Positions 40,711 to 55,631 of a stretch of DNA of 64,000 bases are shown piece after piece (position 1 is the stretch's first letter; the number at the start of each line of letters is the position of its first letter). Below the pieces are notes generated by a model. That model did no database searches. It worked only from the letters and a program-made list of their open reading frames with translations, and was not told the origin of the DNA. This stretch comes from the human T2T-CHM13v2.0 reference genome, Homo sapiens. Location: assembly GCF_009914755.1 (NCBI RefSeq), contig NC_060947.1. The stretch is one strand, 5' to 3'. Both the position numbers and the translations under genes were made by a program.

Positions 40711-42529
40711 GGGGAAATCACTCTCTACTTTTGATTTAATTTTTACTTCTTTTCTCTGTCCTTCTATAAGGCCTGGTGGAGAAGAACTTCCTATTAGTGA
40801 GACAGGATGTATGTCATTTGGGCAAAGTCCTTAGCATGAAAGATGTTATCAAGGAGAAGGCTGATATTTTATCTAGAAGACAGACCAATGCCCAGGATGT
40901 GAGAGATGGAGGATCAAAGAAGAAGTCTTTCTGAGATGTAAATGGCACTATCCCTGTCTGAACTATTGTACCAGTTTTGTTCACTGGACTTGTTGAGATG
41001 GTAAAACCAAACGGGAAGGAGAAATTATTACTCCCTAATAGCAGTTGCCGGCATCCAGTGGCTTCATAACTGCATCTTAGTTTGAGAAGCCTCTCAGGTA
41101 GGAAAATGTATTGTGCCATAGCCTTTGGATACCCCTATGTATACTTACCTGTGTGATATTCCTTTATGAAGAAAGCATATTTCTATTTAATTCTTAGTTT
41201 AATATGAAAACCTGTAAAATAGGGACATATAGTCAGGTCCCAGTTAAGCTAATCTGATATTTGAACATTTGGATTTAAGATAACACAGTGTTTCCATTAT
41301 TAAAAAAATCTTCTCCAACAGTTCACTTTAGTAACTTTTCTGGCCTTCATTAAAATATAATTAAAAAATAATGCATTATTACATTTTCAGTTGACTTTAC
41401 TAGCAACATGTCTATTTTGAAAAGTAAACTCCAACTGCAAAGTAAGTTATTTTCGTGCTTGGTAAGGACACATTCTTCTAAATAATGATTACAATGGAGA
41501 AATTAGGAGATTCACATGGCTTTTACCCAGCAGGGAATGTATCTTGAGACTCAATAAATTTAAGCTAATCTGATTTTTTTTTAAAAAGCACAATTTCTTC
41601 TCTATACATAATTGTATTTGGCAGCAAGTCCCAGCTGACAAACAGTGGATTAAAAATTAATGGGATTATTTGTCTAATGCTTCACAAACTCTGGGGGGAG
41701 GCAGCTCAAGGATACCATCAAGGAATACGATTTTTCCTCTCCTCTTGCTATACCATCATAACAAATGGCTGTTTCACTTTGAGTATAATATAATATCTAG
41801 ACAAGAAGAAGAAGGAATGGGAGAGGAACATCAGTTGACTTTTACTTGTATTTCATTGGACAGAACAGAGTCACTTGGCCACCCCTAGATGTGAGGCAGT
41901 CTGAGAAAGTGAGTTTTCTGCTGTCCTGCCTTTATAGTAAAAGGACACAAGTAACAAAAGGTTGGAATGGGTATTGAGCTGGACAATCAAAAGTATATGC
42001 TTCAAAGATGTTAGTTGCTTTGAGAGAAGAAGGAATACCATATAAGGACAACTCAGATTTCAGATGGCAGATTGTTTGGCTAGGTTTAGACACAGTGAAC
42101 ATAAATCACACTTACATGGTGTATCAGTCTAGGGTTGTTCAATAAAACAGTCATCCTAAATAATTTAGGAACAAAGGGGTTTAGTATAGGAATAAGCTTA
42201 GTTAGATGTTGAGAAATTGAGAGCAAAGGTCAGGACAACTGCAGACTCCAGTAGGTCAAAAAAGCAGACCTTGGAGACCTGAACCTGAAGCACCAAAGTG
42301 AGTTATTTTCAAAAGCTTTTCTGGTAACTGGCATGATTCTCAAGTCTCTGAGAACTTCTGACCTGTATGTCCAGCACAATGGCAGGCACATAGCTGGGAC
42401 TCAAAAACAGCTTGTTGCTTCTTTGTTAAATAGATATTGAATTCATAAGAATACCTTGGCTCTCGAAGCCTACACACCAGTGCTGAAATCTACATATCAG
42501 TGTCCAGACACACCCAATATCTGAATGAC

Positions 42530-43014
42530 AGCTCAGTCTAGGAAACACGCCACTCCGGGTATTTCAGATAGAAGGAAATGGATACAGGGAATTGGTTACA
42601 CAGATGGTGGAAGAGCTGAAAAGCCAAACAGGGCTGTGAGGCAACACAAAAATTAGCAACCTTAGGAAGCCTCTACCACCCTGTGGCTGAAGGGCATGAG
42701 AACCTGTAGTATTACCAGAGAGCATAAGCTGAGATCATTTGGCAGAAGCTAGGAGGGAAGGGGTTTTCTAGTGGAGCTGGAGCCGTGAAGACATAGTTGC
42801 TACCCTGTAGCAAAGAGAGAATGGGGAAGAAGTACCCTGGCTTCTTCCTCTCTCCTACTCTCCAGTCTTCTGTCTGTGCTTCCACTTGGCAGAACTGAGA
42901 CAGAATCCAGTTGACTGCAGAAGTCAGTCTGTAGGGGTCAGCCTCTGTGATACAGAGCAGAGTACAACAACTACAAGAAATAGATCTGAGGGTGAATAGG
43001 AAATGATAAGTACA
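42530..43014 (-). mobile_element. Old ERVL LTR (LTR33/LTR41-like)
   Basis: gggaattggttacacagatggtggaagagctg...gatctgagggtgaataggaaatgataagtaca. Confidence 0.55.
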
Positions 43015-43017
43015 GGC

Positions 43018-43051
<34 letters not shown>

Positions 43052-43067
43052 CGCGTGCGCACGCGCG
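43018..43067. repeat. (TG)n(CG)n compound microsatellite
   Basis: 50 bp of uninterrupted purine/pyrimidine alternation. Confidence 0.95.
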
Positions 43068-43959
43068 GTGCTTGAAGATGGAGAAGGATCTCAATGGGGT
43101 CTACATGAACTGGCTTCTTTCCTGGTGCTTCAACATCCCCTTATGTTCTGCATAATCCTGGAGACCTAAGCTTTGTGCCATATACTAGTGCCATATACTG
43201 GCAGTTTGATGGCTTAGATGTCTGGCCCTGCTAAGTCTATGCTATTTTCATTCTCCCCTTGTGGCTGGTTCTAACAGGCAGACTCTGATATGATTAATGC
43301 TTGGCAAAATTGCAGTTGTGCTGAGCTTTTTGATCCAGTTTGAGTTCGTTATGAATTAGATGAAAGGTGGGATAATTTGCAGAGATGAGGAAGGAGATTT
43401 AAGATTTAGAGATCATGACTATGTCAGTTCCCCTTGAAAATTTCCAAGTTTGATTTAAAAGTTTTAATATTGGTTAGATAATAGGTCCCTAGTTTAAGAG
43501 TTATTTGATTTATTGAAGAATTTATGTTAAACGTTACAATACTTCCCTAAGTTTACTTAGGAATTTAGAGGATCGAACACTGTACCTGGTAAAGTTGGTA
43601 TCTGTGGCCCTGCAAAAAACTTTATACTGTTTTTCATCGTATATTTTAACATCTGTAACTGGCAAAGTGATTTTATTGATCGTCTTCATGCTGAATTATC
43701 TAAAAGGTGGCAATGCATGATTTACCTAGTGAGCATTCTTAATGTTCAAATTGTCTTTGGGACATGTATGAAATGTGAAATTGGAATGCTGGACCTTGTT
43801 GGTAAGTTAATTCATTTACAACATGTTGCAAACCTGCACACTCAAATGCAGCTTGAAATATTTATCTGTACATTTGACAAATTCATAAAAATGGCCTGTA
43901 GTGGGTAATGTCCGTGCTTTATCCAGATCCAAAAACATTTTTTAAATATTTAACTTCCA

Positions 43960-44928
43960 GCCACCAGCACCTATGGCCCATTCTCTGAGGATTGCCCCTA
44001 CTTTTTCCTTCACATGCAGAGAGAGGGAACTGCCTGCAGATTCATGTTCCCCTGACGTGGTTCTTACCTGATGGGAGCTAGAGTGTGAAAGCTCCAGCTC
44101 CCTTGTCTGTGAAGTCAGGACAACTCTGAGGATTAACTAAAACTACAGAGTTCCCCAGCAAGATCAGACTGAAGCCACATTCCGTGGAACTCTGCTGGAA
44201 ATCACCCCCTTGCTTGGCTTTGGAATTCTGATTGCTGTGTGACAAATTATTACAAAATTTAGTGTCTTAAAACAACTAAACGTTATTATCCCATGCAGTT
44301 TCTGAAGGCCAGGAATCTGGAAGTGGCTTAGCTGGATGATTCTAGTTTAGGGTCTCTCAAGAAGTTGTAATTGAGCTGTCAGCTGGGGCTGTAGTCATCT
44401 GAAGCTGGAGAATCTGCTTCTAAGCTCATTCACAAGGTTGTTGGCTGGAGATCTCAATCAATTCCATGCCATGTGGGCCTTTACACAGGGCTAGCTGTCT
44501 TCAAGATATGGCCCCTGGATTCTCCCAGAGCTAGTGGGGGTGGGGGAAAAGAGAGAGAGAGAGAGAGGGAGGGAGAGAGAGAGACAGACAGACAGACAAG
44601 GGGAGGGGAGAGGAGAGAGAGAGAGTAAAAGCAAGTCTTTTATAGCCTAATCTTGAAAGTCACATACCATCATCTTTGCAGTGTTCTATTGGTCACACAG
44701 AAATCAACCCTGATACATTGTGGGAGGAGACTATACAAGGGTGTGAACAACAGGAGGTGGGAACCATTAGGGGCCATCCTGAGGATTAACTCTCACAGTT
44801 TCTCTTCCTTCTGTGTTCCCTGCTTCCCCCTCTCCTTTACTCATTTCCCATGGCAGGGCTTCCTTAATAAATTACTTATATGAGAATTCTTGTCTTAGGA
44901 TCTACTTCTGCAGAGCCTGACCTAAATA
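43960..44928 (+). mobile_element. LTR16-family ERVL LTR interrupted by MLT1
   Basis: gaggattgcccc...agctccagctcccttg...ggacaactctgagg...aataaattactt...cctgacctaa. Confidence 0.75.
44221..44797 (-). mobile_element. MLT1E/F-like LTR with internal (GA)n
   Basis: attgctgtgtgacaaattattacaaaatttagtg...ggggccatcctgagg. Confidence 0.75.
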
Positions 44929-44950
44929 ATTGCTATTTCTTTGTCTAAAA

Positions 44951-45253
44951 TAGGGGTCAGAAAACTATAGTCAGTGGGCCAAATCCAGCTTGCAAACTAA
45001 GAAGGTTTTTAAAATATTTTTTAATGATAGAAAAGAATCCAAAGAAGAAATTTTTTTCATAATATGTGAAAATTATATGAAATTCTAATATCAGTGTCTA
45101 TTTTATTGGAACACATTTTTAAACGTATTGTCTGTGGTTGCTTTCACACTACAATAGCAGAGTTGAGTAGTTGCGATAGAGACTGCAGGGGCTACAAGGA
45201 CTAAAATATTTACTCTCTGGCCCTTTATAGAAAAAACAGTTTGCTGATCCCTG
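44951..45253. mobile_element. MER58 hAT-Charlie MITE
   Basis: TIRs taggggtcagaaaact / agtttgctgatccctg. Confidence 0.88.
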
Positions 45254-45618
45254 GTGCAAAGTAAACCAGCATTGTGTGGTTTATGTTCTGATGATTTTCC
45301 AGGCTTTGGCACTGCTGGCTTCCTTGGCCTTCAGTCCAAAGTCTTTTCAGTTCACTCGTGTCACTCTTAACGCTTTCCAGTGTTTTTTTTTTTTTTTTGT
45401 CAATCAAGGTAGAAACAAAAATGAATTATTTTGAATTTGCCAGCACCACTCCTCTGCGTGGAAAGAGAGGGGCTGTAACTTTCAGCAGTGGGAGTCTGGT
45501 AGAAGAAACAGAGTTCCTGCTTGGTCCTCTGAGTTGTGCCAATTGTCAAAACCCTAAACAACTACTGTGGCTTGATTCTCAGAATAGGGCATGTTTTTAT
45601 TGTCGTAAGTAGGAATTT

Positions 45619-45868
45619 CTTTATTTTATAATTTATTTTTAAAAAACTTTGAAGTTCAGGGGTACTTGTGCAGATTTATTACATAGGTACACTTGTGTCA
45701 TTGGAGTTGTTGTACAGATTACTTCGTCACCCTGGTATTAAGCCTAGTACCCATTAGTTATCTTTCCTGATCCTTTTTCTCCTTTAAACCTGCACCCTCT
45801 GGTTGGCTGCGGTGTCTGATGTTCCCCTCTATGTGTCCATATGTTCTCATCATTTAGCTCTCACTTAT
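45619..45868 (-). mobile_element. Short old L1PA 3' end
   Basis: 3' UTR match; perfect 14-bp TSD GTAAGTAGGAATTT 45605-45618 and 45869-45882. Confidence 0.92.
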
Positions 45869-46099
45869 GTAAGTAGGAATTTACAATAATTTGGAGAGCA
45901 GCCCTTCCAATATCTTTGATGCTTTATTAACACCCAAACCATTTCATGTCCTGATATTTACTTACAGAAGCAGATAGAATTTGATTATAGTTGATCTCAG
46001 TGATGAGATGAAATATCACAACAAAGGTTTTCTTTGTATAACACGATTATATAAAGGGGATAAGTTAGTCATCCCCAACATACTTTATAATTTAAATAA

Positions 46100-46295
46100 A
46101 AACATTTATTACCATTCCTTCTGTTATTATCTTCACACAGTCCTCTGAGGCAGGTGAGGTAGATTCAATTCCTAATTTACAGATGAGGAAATGGATAAAA
46201 TGATAGATTAAAAGTTGGCTAATTACATAGTGGTGAAGCTGGAGCAAGAATCCAGGCCTCTTGACTTCCAATCCAATGTTCTTTCCACTAAACCA
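46100..46295 (-). mobile_element. MIR
   Basis: tttacagatgaggaaa core. Confidence 0.75.
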
Positions 46296-47060
46296 CTTGA
46301 CTATTTACTGTGTGCAGGGCATTGTATGAAGCACAGTGGGAACTTAGTGTGAAATAATACTTACAATAGTACTTACATCTAAATGCCACTTTAAACTTCC
46401 CCCTCCCACAAACATTTATTTTCTCTGTTGAAATTAGTATATATTAGATTACTCTTATTCATGCTGTCTTGTTTAGTAGCTGTCAAGTGAATTTCTATAC
46501 ACATGAGTTTTACATTATAATCGATGTAACACAATTGGTATCTAGAGGAAAAGCCTTTTATCTATTAACCCCTCCTTTATTGGTTCCTTGTTCCCTGAGA
46601 AATAGAGCTAAAGCAAGAAACTCTTTGTAATTTTAGTCTTTGACTAATAACTCCATATGCAGAGGATGTTTTAGACATTTTTTGAGTTAAAATGGGGAAA
46701 CAACTTCTTGATTTGGCAGGTCATATGGGTTTTGAAAGGATGAGAAACAGCAGTTTGGGTGATACTGGAAAAAGTGTGTTTCACATGAGAGCTTCAGGGT
46801 AAAAGCTGGCCTCATTTACCTAACTGGCAAATATGGAAGACATTTTAAAGACTCTGTAATTTATCTTACCATTTTGGAAACATGTGAAGTCTTCTTTTCT
46901 GATTATAAAGTTATTAAATGCTCACTATAAAAAATATGGAAACTGTAGAAAGTTAATAAAAATTTGTCGATGACCAACCCAAGGGTATTTACTATACATT
47001 AACATTTTAGTGTATTTCCTTCTAGGTAAATTTTCCTTTGATACTATAAAATACATACCC

Positions 47061-47445
47061 TGTAATTGTAAGAAAAGACTAGGATATGCTGCTGTAATAT
47101 ACAGCCCTCAATCTCAGTGAGTTTAAGCAACAAAGATTTGTTCCTCATTCATGCTTCAAGTCTGTCATAGATGCATTGAGCACCCTGCTTCGTAGTGCCA
47201 TTTTCTCACTCCTTGGGCTGATAAGAAGCCATTACCTGGAAGCTGCTGTGGCAGAGGGGAAAAAAGCTCTGGAGGCTCTTACCTCAGAAATTGCATGTTC
47301 TGGTCTGAGGTGACCAATACCACTTTCACTCAACGACTTAGTGTCTGGAACTACTCATGTGGGCCAGGAAGTGCCATTGTACCATGTGGTCAGAAAATGA
47401 GAGAAATAGAAAAATTTGGCAAACAGCAGTAATGACCCCTGCACA
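47061..47445 (-). mobile_element. MLT1I/J-like LTR within an L1ME fragment
   Basis: actaggatatgctgctgtaa...tctcagtgagtttaagcaacaaag...tttggcaaacagcagtaatgac. Confidence 0.7.
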
Positions 47446-49770
47446 CACCCATCAAGCTGACCTCTGTTTTTACTTTCTATCAAAATATAAAAAGACTTCT
47501 CATTCCACTAAAATACTTCACAAATGGCATTGAATCAAGTGGATATACCACAATACGTGTAAATACCTCCCATTGTTGGACATTTAGATTGTTTCAGATA
47601 GCTCAATATTATGAATATGTTATTTAAAAATATTTTCCAATTGATTATAAAGAAAGATTTTTCATTTTTTTTTGCCTATTCTCCTTTAGTGCAGGGAAAG
47701 ACAAAGATGAACTTTTTACATTTTACAAACAAAAAGGCAATTCATTTCATTTAGTTGTGCAAGAGATGAGATTCAGGAAGGTGCACATCAAAATGCTAGA
47801 GCAAGAATCCCTCACCTTGATTATTGAAAAATCAATTAGCTCTTATAATCACTTGGGTGAGTCTTTCAGGTTTTTTTGGCCCAGATTCTAGCATGGAAGG
47901 CCAACTTGGAGATTGGGAAGAAAGGCTGTAATTCCTTTCTTCCTTTTACAAGTAGTTCAGTTGTTGTGAAACCAGAAAGTACTACTTCACTGAAGACAGC
48001 TTCACATCATGTGTCAATATTCTTTGCTTATGAATCATCATATTATTTCTTGTTAGGGTTATGAATTTTGTGAGGTGATTAGAGGGATTTTTTTTCCAGT
48101 ATCACAGGAATATTTTTGACTGACAGCCCTGAAAAGAGAATAAAGCTAGTCTTTTTAATGTGCCTTTAATCCTACTCAGATATTCTATTGATGCATTTTG
48201 AATGTCTTTTATTTTCACAGTGAGTGATTTCAAAGAGAGATTATGGACTTTTCCAGCGTAAATGGTGAATCCTTTCCTTTGTAGTGGCTTCATTTTTTTT
48301 AAACCGCTAATTGTCTTTTATGGTCTTCTATAAATATTCAAGTGTTAAACTTTTAATTTTTGAACTTTTCATTTTTTGTATTTTATTTATCTAAGTAAAA
48401 TCTTAGATTTTACACACACATATACACACACACACATCTTTAGTATAGTCTTTGCATAGTTTGGTGGCCAATGTCTCTCTAAATATTAAGCTCTTTGAGA
48501 GCTGTGTTTTTAAAAATATGACTGTATCCCTCATATGATATTAACAAGAGATTTTCTCCCTCCAACTCCCGCCCTTCCATGAACGTTCATAAAGAGTAAA
48601 AGTCTGTTTTTCCTGTTTGCAAGTACATATATCATTGAAGATCAGTTCACCAATAGCATTGCAAGGATTCTACTTCAATGCACAAATAATGTGGTGGCAA
48701 AGTTTGAAGAACTTGGGGCAATAATTATGGATAATTGCACTCGAGGGAAGAACTCAATATGTCCTTAGGCCTTTGAGGTATAGATGGAAGGTCTCCAATA
48801 GTTTCTATTATACTAAGCCATAAGGCTTAGTGTCAGCATGACTTACAAATGCCATTTTCTTTGGCTAACATTTCCTCCTCTTCTTGCCTAGTGGTCCTTA
48901 CTCATATAGTTCCCATCACTGGGAAAGAAATGTCAAAAGACAAATGTTTGAATTCACATACTAATTTAGTGAAGCTAGATGAAGACTCAGATGAATGTTT
49001 GTTTGATGTTAGTCTTTTAGGGTTGCCAAGCCATCTGCCTCATTCAGCAATGGTCTCATTATTTTTCAAGCTTATTCTGCATTTTGTTGATAGAATTATT
49101 TAATAGATTTTCAGGAGCTGTTTGCCAGTCTTGCTCCCTCTTTCAAAAAGCACCCAACACAACAAGAAATGATGTATGGTGGTCTTCCTGCATTCTGATA
49201 CTGTCAGTAGGAATGGGATGGAGTCATTTGGGAAGTTGTGATATCCTTTTAAATGGAGACGTCTATCAAGGAAGAGAGTTGATAGTTCAGTATGGGACAG
49301 CTTTCTAAAGGTCACCCTGTTTAACATGCGTGAGTTGTAATAGCTGGTGAGTCCAATTCTACAGAGTAAGGTGTTAACATTTTATTGATACATTAGCTTT
49401 TTCAGCCCTGAGTCCTCTCACAGCTTAAGAGTTAATATCTTACCCCCATATGAGCATTTAACTCCATTCTGGTTGCTAGAATCAGAATAATTATATTCTT
49501 ATTGACATTTACTTATATCGTATTCTAAAGAAGTATTTAAGATAGATTACATGAAGTAAAACTGGATAATTACAAGAAAAAGATAAGATCCCCAAAGTTA
49601 GAGGGATTAATTAAAATACATTAACTTGAAATAATGTAATTAGTGGCATAAATTTGGAGCTTAGAGACAAACATTTGATAAACTCATTTCCAGAAATGAA
49701 ATTTTAACATAATTTGTTGGAATAGATTTAATGACCTCATTAAAACCTTATTCATAAAGTAGAAATGGGG

Positions 49771-50049
<279 letters not shown>

Positions 50050-51799
50050 CTATCGCTGGAGAGTATTAAGTTTCTCCATCATCTGCATCTTATGGGGTGT
50101 TAGGGAGAAGGAAATTATTTTGGATTGAGGAACTCTCTGGGGAAAGGATAGCCACTGATGGGTGTCCTGCAGATTGGGACCTTGGAGAGCCATAGATCAT
50201 TATGAGGGAAGGATGGGGAGGAGAGGCAAAGAGTGGCTGAAAGTACAAGGAAAGGCAATTCAGAAAGGTGGAAAGACTTGCACGAAAAGTCTATTTTTCC
50301 CTTTTGCCTCAGGCCTCACAGATAGGTCAGAGTATCAGTCATTCATGATATTGAGAATCTGCTCAGTGCAGCCCTTTGAATATTGCCAGAGGCCCTCTAC
50401 CTTCATACGGTGAGGCAAATGAGCCAGTTGGTTAGTCACCCTATATGGAACTGCTCAGAAGTCAGTGTAGCTCAAACCCAGCCACTGATTGACCGTGTTT
50501 CCTGGGAGTAGATTCTGGCAGTCTTTAAATTGAAGAAGGACCCTAACTTGTAAAGGTGTTAGCAATTCACATGTTACTTAGCCCCCTTCTTTCAATTTGG
50601 AAACTCCAGATGACCTCCTTAATGCGTTGTTAGACTTAAAACAGCATCAGTCTAACAACTCAATGCCTCATGGATGAAGAGCATTAGAGTTTTGACAGAG
50701 AGTGAATAGCCTCATTACTACTTATATCCTCTCAAGAAGCACCCTAAACATGACTACCACTTAGAGTTCAGTAGGGGAGCTTCAAGGCTTATGTTTTGTT
50801 GGGTGGCAACACCAGTGCCATGCTGAATATAGTTTGTGGATTTAGGAGCACAACAAGAGGTTACATTTCTTAAGGCTGTGCTTGGCTCACCTCGCTTTAT
50901 AGCTCTCTTTCTCATGTTGCAGAGTTGTTTTTCATTCCCATTGCAGCTGAAACATACACAGAGATAAAATAGTTTTCTGAGTGTAAGAAAAGAATAAAGA
51001 GTATCACTTGGGGGATTGTGAAAAAATATCAAAGTAAAGCAGGTCTCATAATTCATAAGTCCTAAGCAGTGCTCTAAGGACTGAAAACAGACCATGTTTA
51101 TCTATAAGTGACCTAGTTTGCTGTGTAGTTTGTGTTTTAGTTCTGGAACTTTCTCTGTGTGTGTTTGTGTGTATGTACACACACCCCCTTAAAGAGTTAT
51201 GAAGTGAGGACAGGCATACATTGAATGCAGAGTAAAAAATAAATTAAAAAATTGAAGGAGGATTCCAGAGTATTTCTGCTTCATGTATATATTCTATTCA
51301 TATCTATATTCATAATTCTACATTTTGAGATAGATCCATAATTCTGTATTTCGAGATGATAGAGTGAGGAAGGAAGCCCTTCCAGATGGCTGCACAGTTT
51401 TCTAGAGTAAATCTCTAGGATTTTTAACTCTTTAATTATAAGAATTTATTCATATACTTACTCCTTTCAAGCACGTTGGTTAAAGTTTTGGTAGGCAACT
51501 GGAATTCTTCTAAAGGAGTTCTGCTTGACTAAGGATATTTACCATCCACCACTGGGTAGCGTTTGATTTAGGATGAAAGACAGACTTTAGCCCAATGGTT
51601 GAAGGCAATTGCATTAGTGAGGAAATAGGAATTACTCTATGTGAAAGTGTGGTTCCTAGGGAACATGGAGGGGGGCTTGAACATTTGACTATCAGGTACA
51701 TTTATAGACTATTTAAACATCAAGGATTTTAGAAGTTCTGAAACTACATGGCTTTAATGAAGAATGAGGTCCTTGTTGTTCTTAGTTCGTCCTTTCCAT

Positions 51800-52243
51800 T
51801 CCATTCCTTCTAGAATCCATTCTCTGTTCCTCTCTTCCCTGAGTTGCACTCTGGAGGCTGACCACTAAGGCCTGCATTGCTTATGCTCCCTTTCCAGCTG
51901 GCCTTCTGTCGGGTTTAGCCAATGAGAGGCACCGATAAAAAATTAGGGAGGGGAGGAGAGAAATGGTAGACTATTTCTTCTCTACTGTTTTCCTGTTTGG
52001 GGCTGTGATTTTGGCTTTTGGTCAGTCTTTCATGACCACAGCTTCTTATATCACTGGGTCCCTGTAGAACCATCACTTCCTCCTCTTGCATTTTCCGGAC
52101 TGAGGGTGGTAATAGCTTCCAATTATTACAAATGTCTGGATGTTTCAACACCCCTTATTGATTCCCTTCCCCCGTCTGTGCTTCTGGAAGTCTCTTGAGC
52201 CACCTGACTTGAGTTTTTTCCTGCTGAGACCTTGACAGGTATA
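51800..52243 (+). mobile_element. LTR33-like ERVL LTR
   Basis: ggaggctgacc...gggtttagccaatgagaggcacc...ttcctgctgagaccttgac. Confidence 0.7.
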
Positions 52244-52425
52244 AATGTGAAGTAATTTGTATTGAATCATATTGTGAATTGGTGTCAGATTTGTTAAGAC
52301 TCCACTGAGTACCCTGGATTTTTTTAGTCTAGTACTCTATCTACATGGCATCCCTGCCTGTTTGTTCTAACCCTTTCAGGGAGCTTTTGGAAGAAAGGCA
52401 TTGAGATTTGAGCAGCCACGAATTC

Positions 52426-53037
<612 letters not shown>

Positions 53038-53304
53038 GTGAATTCATTTTTTTTTTTTTTTAAATCCACACTGGCCTTGGCTAGTGTCTCTGTCCATGGT
53101 AATAGAGGCTTACAAGGAGGGATATGACCTGGAGAGTCCTGTCCACTCCAGCTCCAAATTGCATTGCAACTGTAATGTGGATTTAACAGGGGAGAATGCC
53201 GCATAAGCAAGGAAGTTAAAACAGTAGGGAAATGTATTGGGATGAGAGATAAAGTAGTTTATCACTGTAGAGGAGTTACTTGAGTTCTTTTTCCTACTTC
53301 ATTT

Positions 53305-53920
53305 TTTAAAATGAAAGTACAATTTACATACAGTAAAATTCGCTCTTCTGGTGGAAAACTGTCAGTTTTGACAAACACATAGAGTCATACAACCTCTACC
53401 ACAATCAAGATAAAAAATAGTTCCATCACTACAAATGACTCCCCTGCCCACTGCCCATTTGTAGTCAGCTTCTCCTCCCCACCGGCAACTGCTGTCAACC
53501 ACTGATCTGTTTTCTGTCTTTATAATTTTTCCTTATCTAGAATGTCATATAAATGGAATCATACAGTTTGTAACATTTAAGTCTGGCTTCTTTCACTTAG
53601 TGAAATATGAGATTTATCCATGTCTTTGCATGTGTTAGTAGTTTGTTCCTTTTTGTTACTGACCAATATTTCTTTCCATTTATATAAAACAGTTTGTTTG
53701 CCAATTTCCCATTCCCCAGGGGAGGGAAATTTCCATTGTTTCCAGTTTTTGGATATTATGAATAAAGCTTCTATAAGCAGTCATACAAGGGGTTTTTATG
53801 TGAACATAAATTTTTTATTTCATCCAGGAGTGGGACTTCTGGGTCTTATGGTAAGGTTATACTTATAAGAAACTGCCAAACTGTTTTCCAAAATGTTGGT
53901 ACCATTTTACACCCCCACAA
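53305..53920 (-). mobile_element. L1MB/L1MC 3' portion
   Basis: atttacatacagtaaaatt...caaccactgatctgttttctgtc...aagaaactgccaaactgttttccaaa. Confidence 0.85.
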
Positions 53921-55139
53921 TTGCATGGCTTTCATTTATAAAGAGAAGCAGACATTAGAACCATACAAATAAATATTTTCCTAAAATACATTTAAAACAT
54001 AAATGATTTGAGAAAGCAAGCTTCATGTTTTCTTTATTTCACAAGGTTTGGCAAGTACTGAAATGAGTTTTCCAAACTTCTTAGCCTTATTTGGTTTCGC
54101 TCTTTGAAAAAACAACTAAAAAGAGGCGTTTTCAGCCAGCATGACATAAGACAATGAGATGAGATGGATGAAAGGATGAAAACCAGCTGAGGTGCCTTTT
54201 GAGCATGAATACCTATTTTCCATTTTTAGCAAAAGTGAACTAACGATTAGGAATAACAAAAACCTTTGGGTTCTCCTTATTACTGTGGGAGATAGGAAAG
54301 GCACCAAATATGGGCAATGATGATGGTGGGATGAAGATTCTTCCCCCTTGCCGTTTGTCTATGGGCGTTGTTAGAAAGTTTCCAGGTGCTTGAAATGCAG
54401 CTGGTGCCCAATTTGTCTGTCTGTTTCTTACTTTGGAGCAGCCTATTGATTTTGCTATTGTGGAGCTCGAAGACCAGAGAAATGGATAGTGCATGTTAAA
54501 AACAAACCACAACAATCTCCCCTTCCTGCGACCTGCCGCTGCTCATAGGGGGCAACTGCCTAGTAGATGTGAATAATTGATTTTTCAGCTGGCGCCCCAG
54601 CGTCAGTCATTTTCATCAGTCAGCAGGCGAGGACATTCTGCAGCTTCTGACTGTCCCTGACTTGGAGCATGTGACATCTTTGCTTAAGAAGGCCTGCAAT
54701 GTGGTGACTGTTAATTGCCTGCACTTATGAAGTGAGTTTTCCTGGGCTCTCATCCTCTCTCCCCAAACCCGTTTGATAGTATATATTACTGGGCTGATTT
54801 TTTTCCCCCTTGAATTGCATTGGCTCATGAGCTCTGGGGGGGCTGTGATATGTCATCTCTATCATTATTTTCAGCTCTGAGATGACTGGTGATTAGAAAG
54901 CTGACCAGGCAGGAGATATGGTGTTGGAGGCCACGAGGCAATGACCCCTGGGTAGTTCTGACTATCAAACTGCCCTTACTGTGTAATAGTAAATGTTCTC
55001 CCTGTGTTTCTAGCAAAATCAATCACATAGGTGTTCACTGAGATGGGAAACAAAAAAGTCATCTTGCTTGTAGGTTTTTCTAAAGAGAATTATTATAGGG
55101 CTTGGGAAGAGTTTCAGTTCCCTAAACTTATTAGAAATA

Positions 55140-55592
55140 AGGTGATTGGCATTTTTTATGATTATAGAAGTCATACATGAAGAGGAATGCAGAAACTAAA
55201 GTATAACATTATAAAGGTATAAAAAACCCCCATGACCCATAGAGAATATACAATCTATGTATATACAGATTTTAAAGAATGAGATTATACTCTTTATACA
55301 GTTTTGTAACCCTTCTGCTTTCCTTAATAGTATCTCACGACCCCTTTTGCATGTCAGTAAATATAAATATGCATCATTGTTTTTAAAAGGTAACTAGTAT
55401 TCAATTAATGGATGAACTATAGCATTTAGTCAATCTTCCATTTTCTCATATTTTTATAAATATTGTGAACAGTTCTATGATAAATTTCTTTAACCTACAT
55501 TTCATGTGCTTGCGTGATTATTTCTATGGGAAAGTTACTAGAAGTAAAATTGCTGGATCAAACTTTATGCATATTTGAATGGTTGAATGGTG

Positions 55593-55631
<39 letters not shown>

